Assembly (NCBI GenBank): GCA_973895155.1
Contig: OZ316899.1
Span: 8,063,241-8,127,240 of the forward strand
DNA: 64,000 nucleotides
Source of the DNA: Marsupella aquatica
Lineage: Eukaryota > Plantae > Marchantiophyta
Direction: 5' to 3'
The notes under the pieces were generated by a model. It saw nothing but the letters and a program-made list of their open reading frames with translations. It searched no databases and had not been told where the DNA came from. Position numbers and translations under genes: made by a program. Shown here piece after piece: positions 50,801 to 60,292 of this stretch. Numbering within the stretch: position 1 is the first letter of the stretch; every line of letters begins with the position of its first letter.

Positions 50801-53008
50801 TCCTTTCACTCTCCTTTTTGAGCTAGTCCTTGGGGACTCCTTTGGTACCCCTCTAGCTTGCTTTTGACCTAAAGGACCATTTTCCTTTACCCTTTACTGA
50901 TATGGTACTAGACATGGTAGCCAATCATGAATTATACTCATTCATGGATGGGTACTCTGGTTATAACCAAATCAGGATTAGGCAGGAGGACCAAATCAAG
51001 ACGGCCTTCATCACGGAATGGGGGATCTATGTCTTCAATCGTATGCCGTTTGGACTCTGCAACGCACTAGCTATGTTCCAACGATTAATGGTGAACATTT
51101 TCCATGACTACTTGAGAAAGTTCATGGAAATCTTCATTGATGACTTTGCAGTATTTGGGAAAGCATCGAAACATGCTAAATACCTAAGGAAGACCTTCAT
51201 GAGATGTAGAGAGGTAGGTCTCAAGTTACACCCAGATAAATGTTTCTTTGGAGTAACAGAGGGTGTGCTGCTAGGGCACAAAGTATCAAAGAAGGGCATT
51301 GAGATTGACAAGGGTAAGCTAGCAGTATGGCTTGATATCATGCAACCTAAAAACATAAAAGATGTGAGATCCTTCTTGGGGTGCATTGGGTATTATCGCC
51401 GGTTCATCAAAGATTTTGCCAAGTTAACTTTACCATTAACCAACATGCTCAAGGCAGGCGTAGACTTTGAACCTACAGCAGAAAGAGTAATAGTTGTGGT
51501 GGAATTAAAGCAAAAGTTAGTAGAGGCCCCAGTCATGATAGCACCAAACTGGAACAAGAATTTTCATGTCTTCGTAGATGTCTCAGGCTTCTGTATCGGC
51601 TCAGTACTAAGTCAGTTAGATGAGAAAGGAAGGGACCATCCCATATACTTTGCAAGCCGCCAACTTGCCGATGCCGAACAGAACTACTCCACCACAGAAA
51701 AAGAAGCTTTAGGAGTCATTTATTCATGTAAAAAGTTTTGACATTATTTGCTAGGGTACAAAGTAATCTTTCATACCGATCATGAAAGTTTGAAGTACCT
51801 AGTAAATAAGCCGGACCTTACAGGCAGGGTAGCAAGATGGATTTTGTTATTACAGGGATTTGACTATGAGCTAAAAATCAAGGTGGAAAAGCTACACGCC
51901 AATGCTGACTTCTTTTCAAGGATGACAGGTGAACCTGCCACAGATTGCATCGATGACCGATTTCCCAACGAAGAGCTATTCGTTGTGAAAATAGCTGATA
52001 CATGGTACCCTGAGATTTTGCAATTTCTCAGCAGGTCCAGATTACAGCCAGGGCTAACCCGAGAACAAGCGGTAGTCTTTCTGTGGAAGGTCAGACAGTA
52101 TCAGCACATTAAGGGTGTGCTACACAAGTATGGAATCAGCGGCACGATTCAAAGGTGTTTGGAGAAGGGAGAGGTAAAATGAGTCTTACGAGCTATGCAT
52201 GGGGAGGAGGCCGGCGGACATTTTGCTCCACTAACCACGTCTAAAAAGATATTAAATGCCGATTACTGGTGGCCCACCTTGCACAAAGATGTCTATCAGT
52301 TTATCAAACAATGCGATCCTTGTCAACGAGCGGGAGGACCAAGGGCATCCACAAGACATCCTCTGCACCCTATTCTACCTCTGGCACCATTCGAGAAGTG
52401 GGGTATTGATTTCATGGGACCTCTGAAACCATTGACCCATCCTCGGAGAAACAAGTACATAATCCTGGCCATGGATTATGCAACTAAGTGGGTGGAGGCC
52501 AGGCCGACGACAAAGGATGATGCAATTACTACGGCTTGATTCATGTATGAGCAGATCTTCACCAGGTATGGAGCACCCCTAGAATTAGTTAGTGATAGAG
52601 GAACCCATTTTCTGAATGATATAATTAGTCGTTTAAATGAGCAGTATTTAGTTAGACATAGACCTACTACTCCTTACCACCCAAAGGCAAATGGGTTGAC
52701 AGAACGAGCCAATGGGATTATAGGAAAAATATTAAACAAGACTGTTGCTCAGAACAAACTCGATTGGGATGATAAATTGTTTGCTGTTGTTTTTGCTTAC
52801 AATTTAGCCTATAAATCCACTACCGGTCATACACCCTTTTTCTTAACCTTTGGACACGAAGCTCTGGTACCCATGCAACTTGAGATTCCTACATTTCAAG
52901 TTACAATTGAGGAGAGAGTCTCAGAGGAGGAAAGCCTAAAGGAGCGAGAATATAGATTAGAGGCCTTAGAAGAGGCAAGAATGATTTCAGTCGAGAGAGT
53001 AGAATATA
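47855..53008 (+). mobile_element. Ty3/Gypsy element F, degenerate gag-pol truncated at both ends
   Basis: CYNCGQPGHFAREC, DHPKLFYP, IGRPWLY, YGGMRL, FIDDF, WGIDF and SDRGTHF, collinear with element G. Many stops. Confidence 0.92.
50522..50869. mobile_element. MITE (348 bp) inserted in the RT of element F
   Basis: 25-bp TIRs GGTCAAGTGCAAGCTAGAGGGGTAC matching at 23/25, flanked by TAAA. Removal restores NEATLKDHFP. Confidence 0.9.
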
Positions 53009-53865
53009 GACGATCTTATGTTTTGTGAGAACAAAATAGTCGGCATCCGGGAGGCCATCAACCGCTGCAACGACATACACTGGGAGTTGAAGGGTAGCAT
53101 GGAGGGGTGGACGAAGGCAACCGTGCTAGGAGAAACATCCACGGCAGCCGCTATGAAGAGGAAAGGGAACAACAACGAAGAGACCACCCCTGTGAAGAGA
53201 ACGAGGTCGGCGGCACCCAGGAAACCAGTAGAGCAGGGAAGTAGGAGGCAGGCGGAAGCCAAAGAGGAGGAGTTTGACCCCGTCAATGTCGTTCCAACAA
53301 GAGATGACACCTGGAAAGGCTGGGCGGCGACCCTCCCCGAGGAGGTGCAATTACACTTTGCACGGGAGGAGGATGCATGCTTTACGGCTATGCAGACTCG
53401 GAAATACCAAGGTTTCATGGCCGGATCCGGCTTGGAAGCCTTCGTAAAGTTACCATGGCTAAAGCCGGAGGTGTCAGATTCAGACTTACTAGAATTCGTG
53501 GGATCATGGGAGCCCGAGACCAATTCCACAAGGGTGTATGGGAAGGATTTCTATCTCACTCCCCGGATGATTGCCAAAGTGTTTGGCTTGCCGATGGCCA
53601 ATAAGACCAAAGTAGATACCAGGAAGACCTTGCCAGACAGGGAGTTCCGGTTGTTTCCAGGGCCATCAACAAAGAATGGCTTCTTCCAAAACACCTGCAC
53701 CAACCCGCACATAGGAGAAATGATCGATTTCTTGAGGGTAATCATGCATTGTAACTTGCCGAGGGCAGAGATTGGCAAGGCACAGGTCTATCTGGTGGAG
53801 AGGCCAAACCCAAGCCGAGACTACAACGGGTACCTCCTCACCCAACTAAAGAAGATTTTGAAGGA

Positions 53866-54132
53866 TGTGGGATGGCTCAGTGTCAGCTAGTGTAGAGAAA
53901 CATGACATTCTTTCGTTTAGAAGAGGAAATAGTTAGGGAAAAAGTTTTAGTGCTATCAGAGTAGCTAGGTTTAGGGCACTTAAGTAAGAAGGGAAGCTTA
54001 GTAGAGGTAAGAGGGAATTTTAGTTATGCAAAGTTATCTAGGGGTAAGCAAGTTACTATAGGAGGGGCAGGAAACTAGTTCCGTCCTTAGTTATAATAGG
54101 CGACTAAGTCGGGACCGAAAAATGACCCGACA
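53866..54132 (+). repeat. 5' LTR of G, internally deleted (267 bp)
   Basis: Identical to 60293-60559 by eye. Confidence 0.92.
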
Positions 54133-54146
54133 CCCACCCTTGTTTT

Positions 54147-54164
54147 TGGCGCCGCTGCCGGGGA
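54147..54164 (+). promoter_or_regulatory. PBS, tRNA-Asp type (Athila-like)
   Basis: TGGCGCCGCTGCCGGGGA has 1 mismatch to TGGCGCCGTTGCCGGGGA. Confidence 0.88.
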
Positions 54165-54270
54165 CAACTCTTTACAGTTTTTGTTGGAGTGGAGCCACAA
54201 GACTTGGAGGTGTGTTTGCAGGTTTGCTGTTCAAGAGAAGAAGGGAGATAAGAAGGTGATTGTGAGTGGC

Positions 54271-57200
54271 ATGCCCACTACAAGGAGTCAAGCACTAAAA
54301 GAAGCCTCTCTTAGTTTCAACTTTGGTGACCAGTTGGAGCAACCAGATTGGGTGGACATTCATTTGCAAGCTGAAGCGGAACCTGGTGTAGGGTGGAGTG
54401 ATACATCTTCTTCCACTACCAACACAAGTGAAGATCAAGAAGCAGCCATGGTGGTGACTCAAAGAGCAAGATTTCAGTACAAGACATTCCATGGCAAGCC
54501 CAAGGAGGATCCTGATGCTTGGTTGGAGGACTTCATTGGGACAGCCCAAGCCAATGGAGAGTTTGATATTAAGTTGACCACTTTGGCGGGGGTCTTGAGA
54601 GGAGAAGCAAGACCTTGGTTCAATAGCCTATCAAATGCCATCAAGAATGATTGGGATGCCTTCAAGCTAGCATTCTTGCAGGAGTTTAGGAAGGTGGGAG
54701 AAGAATCGGAAGCTCTGATCAAGATGGGAGAGATCAGAATGGGATCCAAGGAGTCAGTAAGGAGGTTTCTGCAAAGGTTTCAAAGGTTAGCTACCAAGCT
54801 TGACCCCAGACCAGTAGACTCCATGTTGTTGGCTTGGTTTGTGGCAAGCCTACCCAAGAAGATGGGTGTCTCAGTAAGGCAATCTCACCCTAATACGTTG
54901 GATGAGGCCATTGAGGCGGCTCAGTCTTATAGGAGTGCTGAGATCTCTAGTTCCAAGAGTAGGAGAAAGAAGAAGCGATTTGCTTATAGTGATTCTTCTT
55001 CTAGCTCAAGTGAATCAAGTAGTTCAGTTGAGGATACTTCTGAGTCGGAATCTGAGGAGAGTAGTTCCAGTTCTGATTCAGAATCTGATTCTGAGGAGGA
55101 CTCCGAGAAGAAGAAGAAGAAGAAGAAGAAGAAGAAGGCAAAGAGAAAAAGCGACCAGAAGAGGAGAGCCAGCAAGAAGAAGCCAGGTGGTAAGCACCAC
55201 AAATCTGCAACCTTCAACTTGGTGGAAGGTTCTACACCAGCAACCAAGGAGAAGAAGGTGATGGATAACAAGATGAGTGAGATCACCAACCAACTCAAGG
55301 CCCTATCAGTTCACTTTGCTGGTGTGCAACCTGATAGGAGAAAAGTGCCGGTGAATAGAGCCCATGTATGGTGTGTCAAGTGCAAGAGTTTTGGCCATAC
55401 ACCTCAAGAGTGTCAAGGTTGGAGGAATCAAGTTCAGTATGTCAATGAAGAGTCCAACGATGTTTATCAAGCAAGTGAAGTGGTGGACTACTTCTATGAA
55501 GAAGCCCCGGAGATGGTGTACCAGATTTCAGGAGGCCCAAGAACTTTGCAAGGAAGACCAGCTCCACCCATGGCACCTCAACTGATGCCTGGTCTTCAAC
55601 CAAGGATGGTGGATCAAATGGGACCTCAAGGACCTGGGGGAGTGGCAAGAACTACCGTGGTGATCTGCTGGAACTGTCAAAAACCAGGGCACTATTCCAA
55701 CAGTTGCCCCGAACCAAGGAGGCAGGGACAAGGAGCTCCCTATCCTCTTTGTGCTGTGTGCAAAAGGGAGGGTCATACCACAGCCAACTGTCCTATTGGA
55801 TCTGCTGCCAAGATGATGATAGGAAGGATAGAAGCACCACCACCAGCGGTTGCCAAGGCTCCCGGTGAAGCCACAGTGAACTTCTTGAGTATGGAGTGGC
55901 AAGAGGAGGCCAAAGATGGAGTGACACAAGTTGCTGGTGGGGAGAACCAGCCAGATCTACCAGGAATGGAGACACCTGAGGAGGAAGCTGTGTGTTACAA
56001 GGTGTCTACCAGGTCCACAAGAAAGAAGGAAAGAGTGGAAGAGAGGAAGAAGAGGAAGGAGAGAAAGGAGCACTCAACGGAGTCACCAATCGAAGTTGAA
56101 GTTGGAGCAGAAGTTCAAGTCCCACCAGCTGAAGATAGTGACTACAAGAGAGACCATCCGAAGCTCTTCTATCCCAAGGTGAATGAGGAAGTCAAGAGGC
56201 AACTAGAGGAGATGGAGGCTAAGGAGCATCAAGAGGCCATCAACAAAGACCTGAAGGTTGCTAAAGCTTTGAAGGAAAAAGCTGAGGTGGAAGAGAAGAA
56301 AGAGACCAGCAAGGTACCCTCTTATGACATCAAGAAGGATGTGAAAGATTGTTTGGTTACTGCTACAGTGGGGCAGCTGATCAAAGACAACCCTTTGTAT
56401 AGGAGGCAACTGAAGGAGATGTTGGTAGGAAGGAGAAGAAGGAAGCTTCCAAAGGTTGGTACCCCAGCTGATGTGATGATGGTTTGTGAAGACCTTGGAG
56501 CACCTGAGATTGATGTTCAAGTAAATGGGTGTGTACTCTCGTATGTACCAGTTGATGGAGGCTCAGGTGTGAATATCATGATTGAGGCTACTGCCCAACA
56601 ACTAGGTTTCAAGAAACTTCAGCCAACAGCAAGGACAATGAGGCTAGCAAATGGAGCAAGAGTGCTACCGGTGGGGACACTTACTCAAGTACCTACTCTC
56701 ATTGGGGGGCAGGAGTTCTTGTTGAATTACTTGGTGATGAGACCAGCAAGGCCATCTACTTACCCAATCTTGATTGGGAGGCCTTGGCTATATGGAGCCA
56801 AAGTAGTGTCTGATTGGGGCAAGAAGGAGTTTAGGTTTGGCAAACCAGCCACTTCAGTTTCATGGGGTCATGACAAGCATCAAGGAGAGACTACTGATGA
56901 GTTGGATGAATATGATTCTGAACTTTCCGATGAGTTGAGTACCAAATCTGAATCTGATGAGGATGAGGTATACATGTTGAACATGGTGAGCCAATGGACT
57001 GAAGAAGAAGTGTTTGGAGAGGAGCAAGAGCAGGAGGCTCTTACCAGCCATTCACCTCTGCCCAGTCTCAGTGAAGTGACCAGTCTCGAGGAGGTGAAGC
57101 AGGCTGAGACCTCAGCCAAGGAGAGCAACCAAGAAGACACTATCACAATGGCTCAGGAGGTTGATCAGACCAGCAAGGGTGCTGCCCAAGTTGAGATCAA

Positions 57201-60200
57201 GACAAGGAGTAATGACCAGAGTTTAAAGGCTAAGCACTTAGCCTTGTTAAAGCTCAAGATAAAGGAGCTAGAGGACCAATTGAAGGCTGCAAACTCAGAG
57301 GAGGATGAGACTCAGGAAGACCAGCATTCAAGCAAGGAGAAGGAGGAGTTAAGTGCTGAAAATGCACCCGTCTATGGAGGCATGAGGTTGGCACAACTTG
57401 AGGGCACTTTTGACTCCACAATGAGGAACAAGATGGAGGTGATTCGAGCTGAGCAGTACAGAACCATCTCTGTCCAGCAAGACAAGACCTTCAACTTGGG
57501 AAATGCCCTGGGATCAGGTGAAGAGAAAACTATCCAAGATTTGCTAGGTGAATATGTGGATGTGTTTGCTTGGAGTCACTTGGATCTTACTGGTGTAAAC
57601 CCTGAACTTGGTGAGCATAGAATCGACTTGATGCTAGGAGCTTCACCTGTGAGACAAAGGCAATATCGGATGAATCCCAAGTACTCCTTGATGGTGAAGG
57701 AAGAGATAGACAAATTGCTGGAAGCAGGTTTCATCTATCCTGTGTTGAATAGTGAGTGGGTTTCTCCAATTGTCATAGTACCAAAGAAACCAGGCTTGGA
57801 TGGTAAGCCTAAGATCCGAGTTTGCCAAGACTTTAGGAAACTCAATGAGGCCACTAAGAAGGACCACTATCCCATTCCATTTACTGATATGGTACTTGAT
57901 TTAGTAGCTGGTTGGGAAGTGTATAGCTTCCTAGATGGGTACTCAGGTTACAACCAGATTTGGATAAGGAAGGAGGACCAGTTGAAGACAGCCTTTACTA
58001 CTGAGTGGGGGATTTATGCCTTTCGGAGGATGCCTTTTGGTCTTTGTAATGCCCCTGGTATGTTCCAAAGGTTGATGATGAATATCTTTCATGACTACTT
58101 GAGAAAGTTCTTGGAAGTATTCATAGATGACTTTGCTGTTTTTGGAAGGGGGAAGGACCATGTTGAACATTTGAGGATGACCTTCCAAAGATGTAGGGAA
58201 GTTGGTTTGAAGCTTCACCCAGGGAAGTGCTTCTTTGGTGTGGAAGAAGGGATACTACTTGGCCACAAGGTATCCAAGAAGGGCATAGAAGTGGACCAAG
58301 AGAAGGTTGCTGTTTGGATGGCTGTCAAGTTTCCAACTTCAGTGACAGAGTTGAGGGGATTCTTGGGATGTTTAAACTACTATAGAAGGTTCATTAAGGA
58401 CTTTGCTAAAGTAGCTTTACCCCTAACCAGCATGCTTAAGAAGGGGGCTGAGGTTGAACCCTCAGTTGAGAGGCTAGCAAGTTTTCAGGAGTTGAAGAAC
58501 AGGTTGGTTGAAGCCCCTATCTTGATAGCACCAGATTGGAGTAGAGAATTTCATGTGTATGTGGATGTGTCTGGCTTTTGTATTGGTGTGGTGCTTAGTC
58601 AACTTGATGACCAGAATAGGGATCACCCTATCTACTTTGCAAGTAGACTATTGGCACCAGCTGAAAAGAATTACTCACCAACCGATAGAGAAGCTCTAGG
58701 AATCATCTACTCTTGTAAGAAGTTTAGGCACTACTTGTTGGGCTATAAGGTGGTCTTTCATACTGATCACAATGCTCTCAAGTATATGGTGAATAAACCT
58801 GATGTAACTGGTAGAGTGGCAAGGTGGATCTTGTTGCTCCAAGAGTTTGATTATGAGGTGAGGGTCAGGCCTGGTAAGAAGCATGGGAATGCAGACTTCT
58901 TCTCAAGGATTGAAGGAGAAGAGGACTTGAAGGAGGTGGATGATCAGTTTCCAGATGAAGACCTCTTTCATGTGGGAAGTGGAGGAGATACATGGTATTT
59001 GGATATCATCCAATTTCTTCTCACAACCCGGCTACCAAGAGATTTGAACCAAGAGGAGGCTGCTGTTTTCCTGAGAAAAATCAGACCTTACTTATTGGTG
59101 AAGGGTGTCCTTCACAAGGAAGGAGTTGATGGGAGACTAAGGAGGTGTTTGGAGAAGAAGGAAATCTCCATTGTGATGAGAGCTATGCATGAGGAGGAGG
59201 CTGGTGGCCATTATGCAAGTGCAACAACAGCAAGGAAAATTCTTGATGCAGGGTATTGGTGGCCAACACTTCATAAGGATGTAAGTCTTTTTGTGAGGGG
59301 ATGTGACCCTTGCCAAAGGACAGGTAAGCCAGCTCACTCAAGGCATCACCCTCTTACCACCATCTTACCTCTTGCACCTTTTGAGAAGTGGGGTATAGAT
59401 TTCATAGGTCCCATCACTCCTGTGACCAGGTCTAGAAGGAATCGATACATCCTTCTTGCAACTGATTATGCTACTAAGTGGGTAGAGGCAAGACCAACCA
59501 GCAAGGATAATGCTCTCACAGTAGCAAGGTTCATGTATCAACAGATTTTTACCAGATTTGGGCCACCTCTAGAGCTGGTTAGTGATAGGGGGACTCACTT
59601 CTTGAATGAAGTTGTGGAGGAGCTCACTAACCATTACTTGATTAAGCATAGGAAGACCACCCCCTATCACCCCAAGGCCAATGGATTAACGGAGAGAGCT
59701 AATGGCATCATTGGCAAGATCTTGAACAAAACCGTGGCGGCACACAAGACTGATTGGGATGACAAATTATACTCAGCTGTGTACTCCTACAACCTTGCTT
59801 TCAAGACCACAACCGGCCATAGTCCTTTCTACCTAGTATTTGGACAACACTCCCTTGTACCTGTTGAGTTTGAAGTGCCTACTTTGAGGGTAAGTGTGGA
59901 GGAGAGAATGGAGGCTGACCAGAGTTTAATGGAGAGAGCTTACCAGCTGGAGGAGTTGGAGGAAATCCGGGAAGAGGCAAGCAAGCAAGTGAAGAAGAAG
60001 CAAGCTCAAGTGAAGCAACATCATGACAAGAAGTTGAAGAAGCCAACTTCTTTACTTGCTGGACAACTGGTATTACTCTATGACAGTAGGTATGCTCATT
60101 TTCCAGGCAAGTTGCATACTCGGTGGTTGGGTCCTTATGTTGTTCACCAGGTTTATGCTAATGGGTCAATTCAGCTTGCTACTCTTGAAGGAGAGGTGTT

Positions 60201-60252
60201 CCCTACTAGAGTGCATCATGATAGGTTGAAAAGGTACTTTAATCAGGAATAA
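54271..60252 (+). CDS. Intact gag-pol polyprotein, 1993 aa from the first ATG: capsid, 3 CCHC knuckles, protease, RT, RNase H, integrase; no chromodomain
   Basis: Single open frame with VPVDGGSGVNIM, FIDDF, YVDVSG, HEEEAGGH..CDPC, WGIDF, SDRGTHF, NGLTE and WLGPY. Confidence 0.97.
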   Translation: MPTTRSQALKEASLSFNFGDQLEQPDWVDIHLQAEAEPGVGWSDTSSSTTNTSEDQEAAMVVTQRARFQYKTFHGKPKEDPDAWLEDFIGTAQANGEFDIKLTTLAGVLRGEARPWFNSLSNAIKNDWDAFKLAFLQEFRKVGEESEALIKMGEIRMGSKESVRRFLQRFQRLATKLDPRPVDSMLLAWFVASLPKKMGVSVRQSHPNTLDEAIEAAQSYRSAEISSSKSRRKKKRFAYSDSSSSSSESSSSVEDTSESESEESSSSSDSESDSEEDSEKKKKKKKKKKAKRKSDQKRRASKKKPGGKHHKSATFNLVEGSTPATKEKKVMDNKMSEITNQLKALSVHFAGVQPDRRKVPVNRAHVWCVKCKSFGHTPQECQGWRNQVQYVNEESNDVYQASEVVDYFYEEAPEMVYQISGGPRTLQGRPAPPMAPQLMPGLQPRMVDQMGPQGPGGVARTTVVICWNCQKPGHYSNSCPEPRRQGQGAPYPLCAVCKREGHTTANCPIGSAAKMMIGRIEAPPPAVAKAPGEATVNFLSMEWQEEAKDGVTQVAGGENQPDLPGMETPEEEAVCYKVSTRSTRKKERVEERKKRKERKEHSTESPIEVEVGAEVQVPPAEDSDYKRDHPKLFYPKVNEEVKRQLEEMEAKEHQEAINKDLKVAKALKEKAEVEEKKETSKVPSYDIKKDVKDCLVTATVGQLIKDNPLYRRQLKEMLVGRRRRKLPKVGTPADVMMVCEDLGAPEIDVQVNGCVLSYVPVDGGSGVNIMIEATAQQLGFKKLQPTARTMRLANGARVLPVGTLTQVPTLIGGQEFLLNYLVMRPARPSTYPILIGRPWLYGAKVVSDWGKKEFRFGKPATSVSWGHDKHQGETTDELDEYDSELSDELSTKSESDEDEVYMLNMVSQWTEEEVFGEEQEQEALTSHSPLPSLSEVTSLEEVKQAETSAKESNQEDTITMAQEVDQTSKGAAQVEIKTRSNDQSLKAKHLALLKLKIKELEDQLKAANSEEDETQEDQHSSKEKEELSAENAPVYGGMRLAQLEGTFDSTMRNKMEVIRAEQYRTISVQQDKTFNLGNALGSGEEKTIQDLLGEYVDVFAWSHLDLTGVNPELGEHRIDLMLGASPVRQRQYRMNPKYSLMVKEEIDKLLEAGFIYPVLNSEWVSPIVIVPKKPGLDGKPKIRVCQDFRKLNEATKKDHYPIPFTDMVLDLVAGWEVYSFLDGYSGYNQIWIRKEDQLKTAFTTEWGIYAFRRMPFGLCNAPGMFQRLMMNIFHDYLRKFLEVFIDDFAVFGRGKDHVEHLRMTFQRCREVGLKLHPGKCFFGVEEGILLGHKVSKKGIEVDQEKVAVWMAVKFPTSVTELRGFLGCLNYYRRFIKDFAKVALPLTSMLKKGAEVEPSVERLASFQELKNRLVEAPILIAPDWSREFHVYVDVSGFCIGVVLSQLDDQNRDHPIYFASRLLAPAEKNYSPTDREALGIIYSCKKFRHYLLGYKVVFHTDHNALKYMVNKPDVTGRVARWILLLQEFDYEVRVRPGKKHGNADFFSRIEGEEDLKEVDDQFPDEDLFHVGSGGDTWYLDIIQFLLTTRLPRDLNQEEAAVFLRKIRPYLLVKGVLHKEGVDGRLRRCLEKKEISIVMRAMHEEEAGGHYASATTARKILDAGYWWPTLHKDVSLFVRGCDPCQRTGKPAHSRHHPLTTILPLAPFEKWGIDFIGPITPVTRSRRNRYILLATDYATKWVEARPTSKDNALTVARFMYQQIFTRFGPPLELVSDRGTHFLNEVVEELTNHYLIKHRKTTPYHPKANGLTERANGIIGKILNKTVAAHKTDWDDKLYSAVYSYNLAFKTTTGHSPFYLVFGQHSLVPVEFEVPTLRVSVEERMEADQSLMERAYQLEELEEIREEASKQVKKKQAQVKQHHDKKLKKPTSLLAGQLVLLYDSRYAHFPGKLHTRWLGPYVVHQVYANGSIQLATLEGEVFPTRVHHDRLKRYFNQE

Positions 60253-60280
60253 GTGTGTTTGCGGGGACGCTGCACACTTA

Positions 60281-60292
60281 AGTAGGGGGCTA
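60281..60292 (+). promoter_or_regulatory. Polypurine tract of G
   Basis: AGTAGGGGGCTA directly before the 3' LTR. Confidence 0.75.
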
